Below are positions 61,959-64,000 of a stretch of DNA of 64,000 bases, piece by piece; within the stretch, counting starts at the first letter, position 1; each line of letters starts with the position of its first letter. The stretch comes from Tubulanus polymorphus. Taxonomy: Eukaryota; Animalia; Nemertea. Below the pieces are notes generated by a model. It did not search any database. It was not told the origin of the DNA and saw nothing but the letters and a program-made list of their open reading frames with translations. The translations under genes and the position numbers were made by a program. Location of the stretch: positions 17,367,653 to 17,431,652 of the forward strand of contig NC_134028.1 in assembly GCF_964204645.1 (NCBI RefSeq), given 5' to 3'.

Positions 61959-62374
61959 TACAGAAGTGATAAGGGGCCTCGAGATGTCGCGTTCCAACTC
62001 GACAAGTCGCCATATCTATGTCGACATACCGCGATATATCGCGTCAAGTCGACATGAATATGTCGATATATCGTGACGTTTTGAAGACATATTTCGTTTT
62101 CTCGACCATTTTCCTCGCGACAAGTCGACATATTCATGACGACTTGAAACTCAGTCGTCATATTACTAGCGTCATCATCTTACATTTAGACATGTCTTCA
62201 AATGACGGCTTGTCCCGTGGAAAATGAGCAAAAAAGCGAAATTTGTTGTGAAAACGTCACGATATGTAGACATATTCATGTGGACTTGACGCGATATATC
62301 GCGATATATCGACATAAATATGGCGACTTGTCGAGTTTGAACGCGACAACTGGAGGCCCTTTATCGCTTCCGTA
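61959..62374. mobile_element. Uninterrupted 416-bp IS3EU-like MITE
   Basis: tacagaagtgataagggg ... ctttatcgcttccgta with flanks ctatatg / ctatatc. Confidence 0.85.
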
Positions 62375-62459
62375 CTATATCAGATTAATCGACTTCAAAA
62401 TAGGCGAAACCATAAGTCTTTATTACGTTATTAATTGGCCTAATTATTCAAAAGCTAAT

Positions 62460-63516
62460 AAAGTGGGCGACAAAACCAAAAAAATTGTCGCGGGCGATAA
62501 AACCAAAATAATCATTTGTCGCTGGCAATAAAACCAAAATATTGAATTGTAACGGGCGAAAAAACCAAAATATTGAATTGTAACGGGCGAAAAAACCAAA
62601 AAAATGAATTGTCGCTGGCGATAAAACCAAAATCTTGAATTGTCGCCGGCGACAAAACCAAAATATTGAATTGTCGCGGGCGACAAAACCAAACTAATGA
62701 ATTGTCGCGGGCGATAAAACAAAAATAATGAATTGTCGCTGGCGATAAAACCAAAATATTGAAATGTCGCAGGCGATAAAGCCAAAATATTGAATTGTCG
62801 CAGGCGATAAAGCCAAAATATCGAATTGCCGCGTGGGACAAAACCAAAAATATTGAATTGTCGCGGGCGACAAAACCAAACTAATGAATTGTCGCGGGCG
62901 ATAAAACCAAAATAATGAATTGACGCGGGCGATAAAACCAATATAATGAATTGACGCTGGTGATAAAACCAAAATATTGAATTGTCGCAGGCGATAAAAC
63001 CAAAATATTGAAGTGTCGCAGGCGATAAAACCGCGACAAAAAAAAATTGTCGCGGGCGATAAAACCAAAATAATGAATTGTCGCGTGCGACAAAACCTAA
63101 ATAATGAATTGTCGCAGGCGATAAAACCAAAATAATGAATTGTCGCGGGCGATAAAACCAAAATAATGAATTGTCGCGGGCGATAAAACCAAAATAATGA
63201 ATTGTCACTGGTGATAAAACCAAAATATTGAATGTCGCAGGCGATAAAACCGCGACATAAGAAAATTGTCGCAGGCGATAAAACCAAAATAATGAATTGT
63301 CGCGTGCGACAAAACCAAAATAATGAACTGTTGCGGGCGATAAAACCAAAATAATGAATTGTCGCGGGCGATAAAACCAAAATAATGAATTGTCCCGGGC
63401 GACAAAACCAAAATTATTGTTTTGTTGCGTTATTTTAGTTTTGTCGTTTTGTCATTATGTCGCCCTCATTTGCATATACGTGTTTTTTTTACGCATGGCC
63501 CTTATCAGCCACCATA
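62460..63516. repeat. 31-bp minisatellite array, copy 2
   Basis: Same unit as 28480-30259, ending cccttatcagccaccata. Confidence 0.9.
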
Positions 63517-64000
63517 CTAAAGCCTTAAGGCCGCGTAAAACTCGATAAACACTTCAAGCGACACAGCGAACGATCTCCTTTCCCCCACAGCGAACGCTTA
63601 ACCTAGTAGAGGCTACTAGCCTATGTAGGCCTAACATCCGGACAGATTGGTCGTAGGCCTATTGAATAACAACCCACCTAAATATCGTAAATTTTGTTTA
63701 AAGTTCAATCCAATGAGTCCGTTAATAAACGCAACAATTATACTGTGTTTGTTTGAGACAGTAAAGCTCAGTACCGGTAGGCCTAAAGCCGCGTCAAACT
63801 CGATAAACACTTCAAGCGACACAGCGAACGATCCCTTTCCCCCACAGCGAACGCTTACTCCGAATGTCAAGTGTGAGACCAGCATACGGAAAGGATTGTG
63901 TTATATACTTGTATTTAGTAAATACCTTGTGCATTTGACAATGATCGGTATGTACTGTAGGAAATATAGAGTATTGACGGTATTGATATAGAGGTTGAAG

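Overview
AT-rich eukaryotic (probably invertebrate animal) genomic DNA made almost entirely of nested mobile elements. The backbone is a ~10-kb unit present twice in tandem (copy 1: 1-47956; copy 2: 47957-64000). Each copy supplies the empty sites that define the insertions in the other. Copy 1 carries two large insertions. (i) A 19.9-kb IS3EU-like DNA transposon (8294-28220; ~480-bp TIRs, 7-bp TSD) with an intact DDE transposase and a five-exon cargo gene, missed by the ORF track, that joins a CIDE-N domain to an IAP-type C-terminal RING finger. A full-length Gmr1-type Ty3/Gypsy LTR element and several MITEs are nested inside it. (ii) A full-length 17.2-kb Polinton/Maverick (30757-47950; 549-bp TIRs, 6-bp TSD) with pPolB, integrase, packaging ATPase, major and minor capsid genes, ~200-nt fold-back termini and a TAAATG motif at 13 of 15 gene starts, resembling poxvirus late promoters. 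Copy 2 carries a decayed Chapaev/Transib-like transposase and a stray fragment of Polinton genes. A ~6-kb non-coding TIR element sits at two different sites ~170 bp apart in the two copies, with no target duplication at either. All family assignments come from motif recognition by eye, not database searches.
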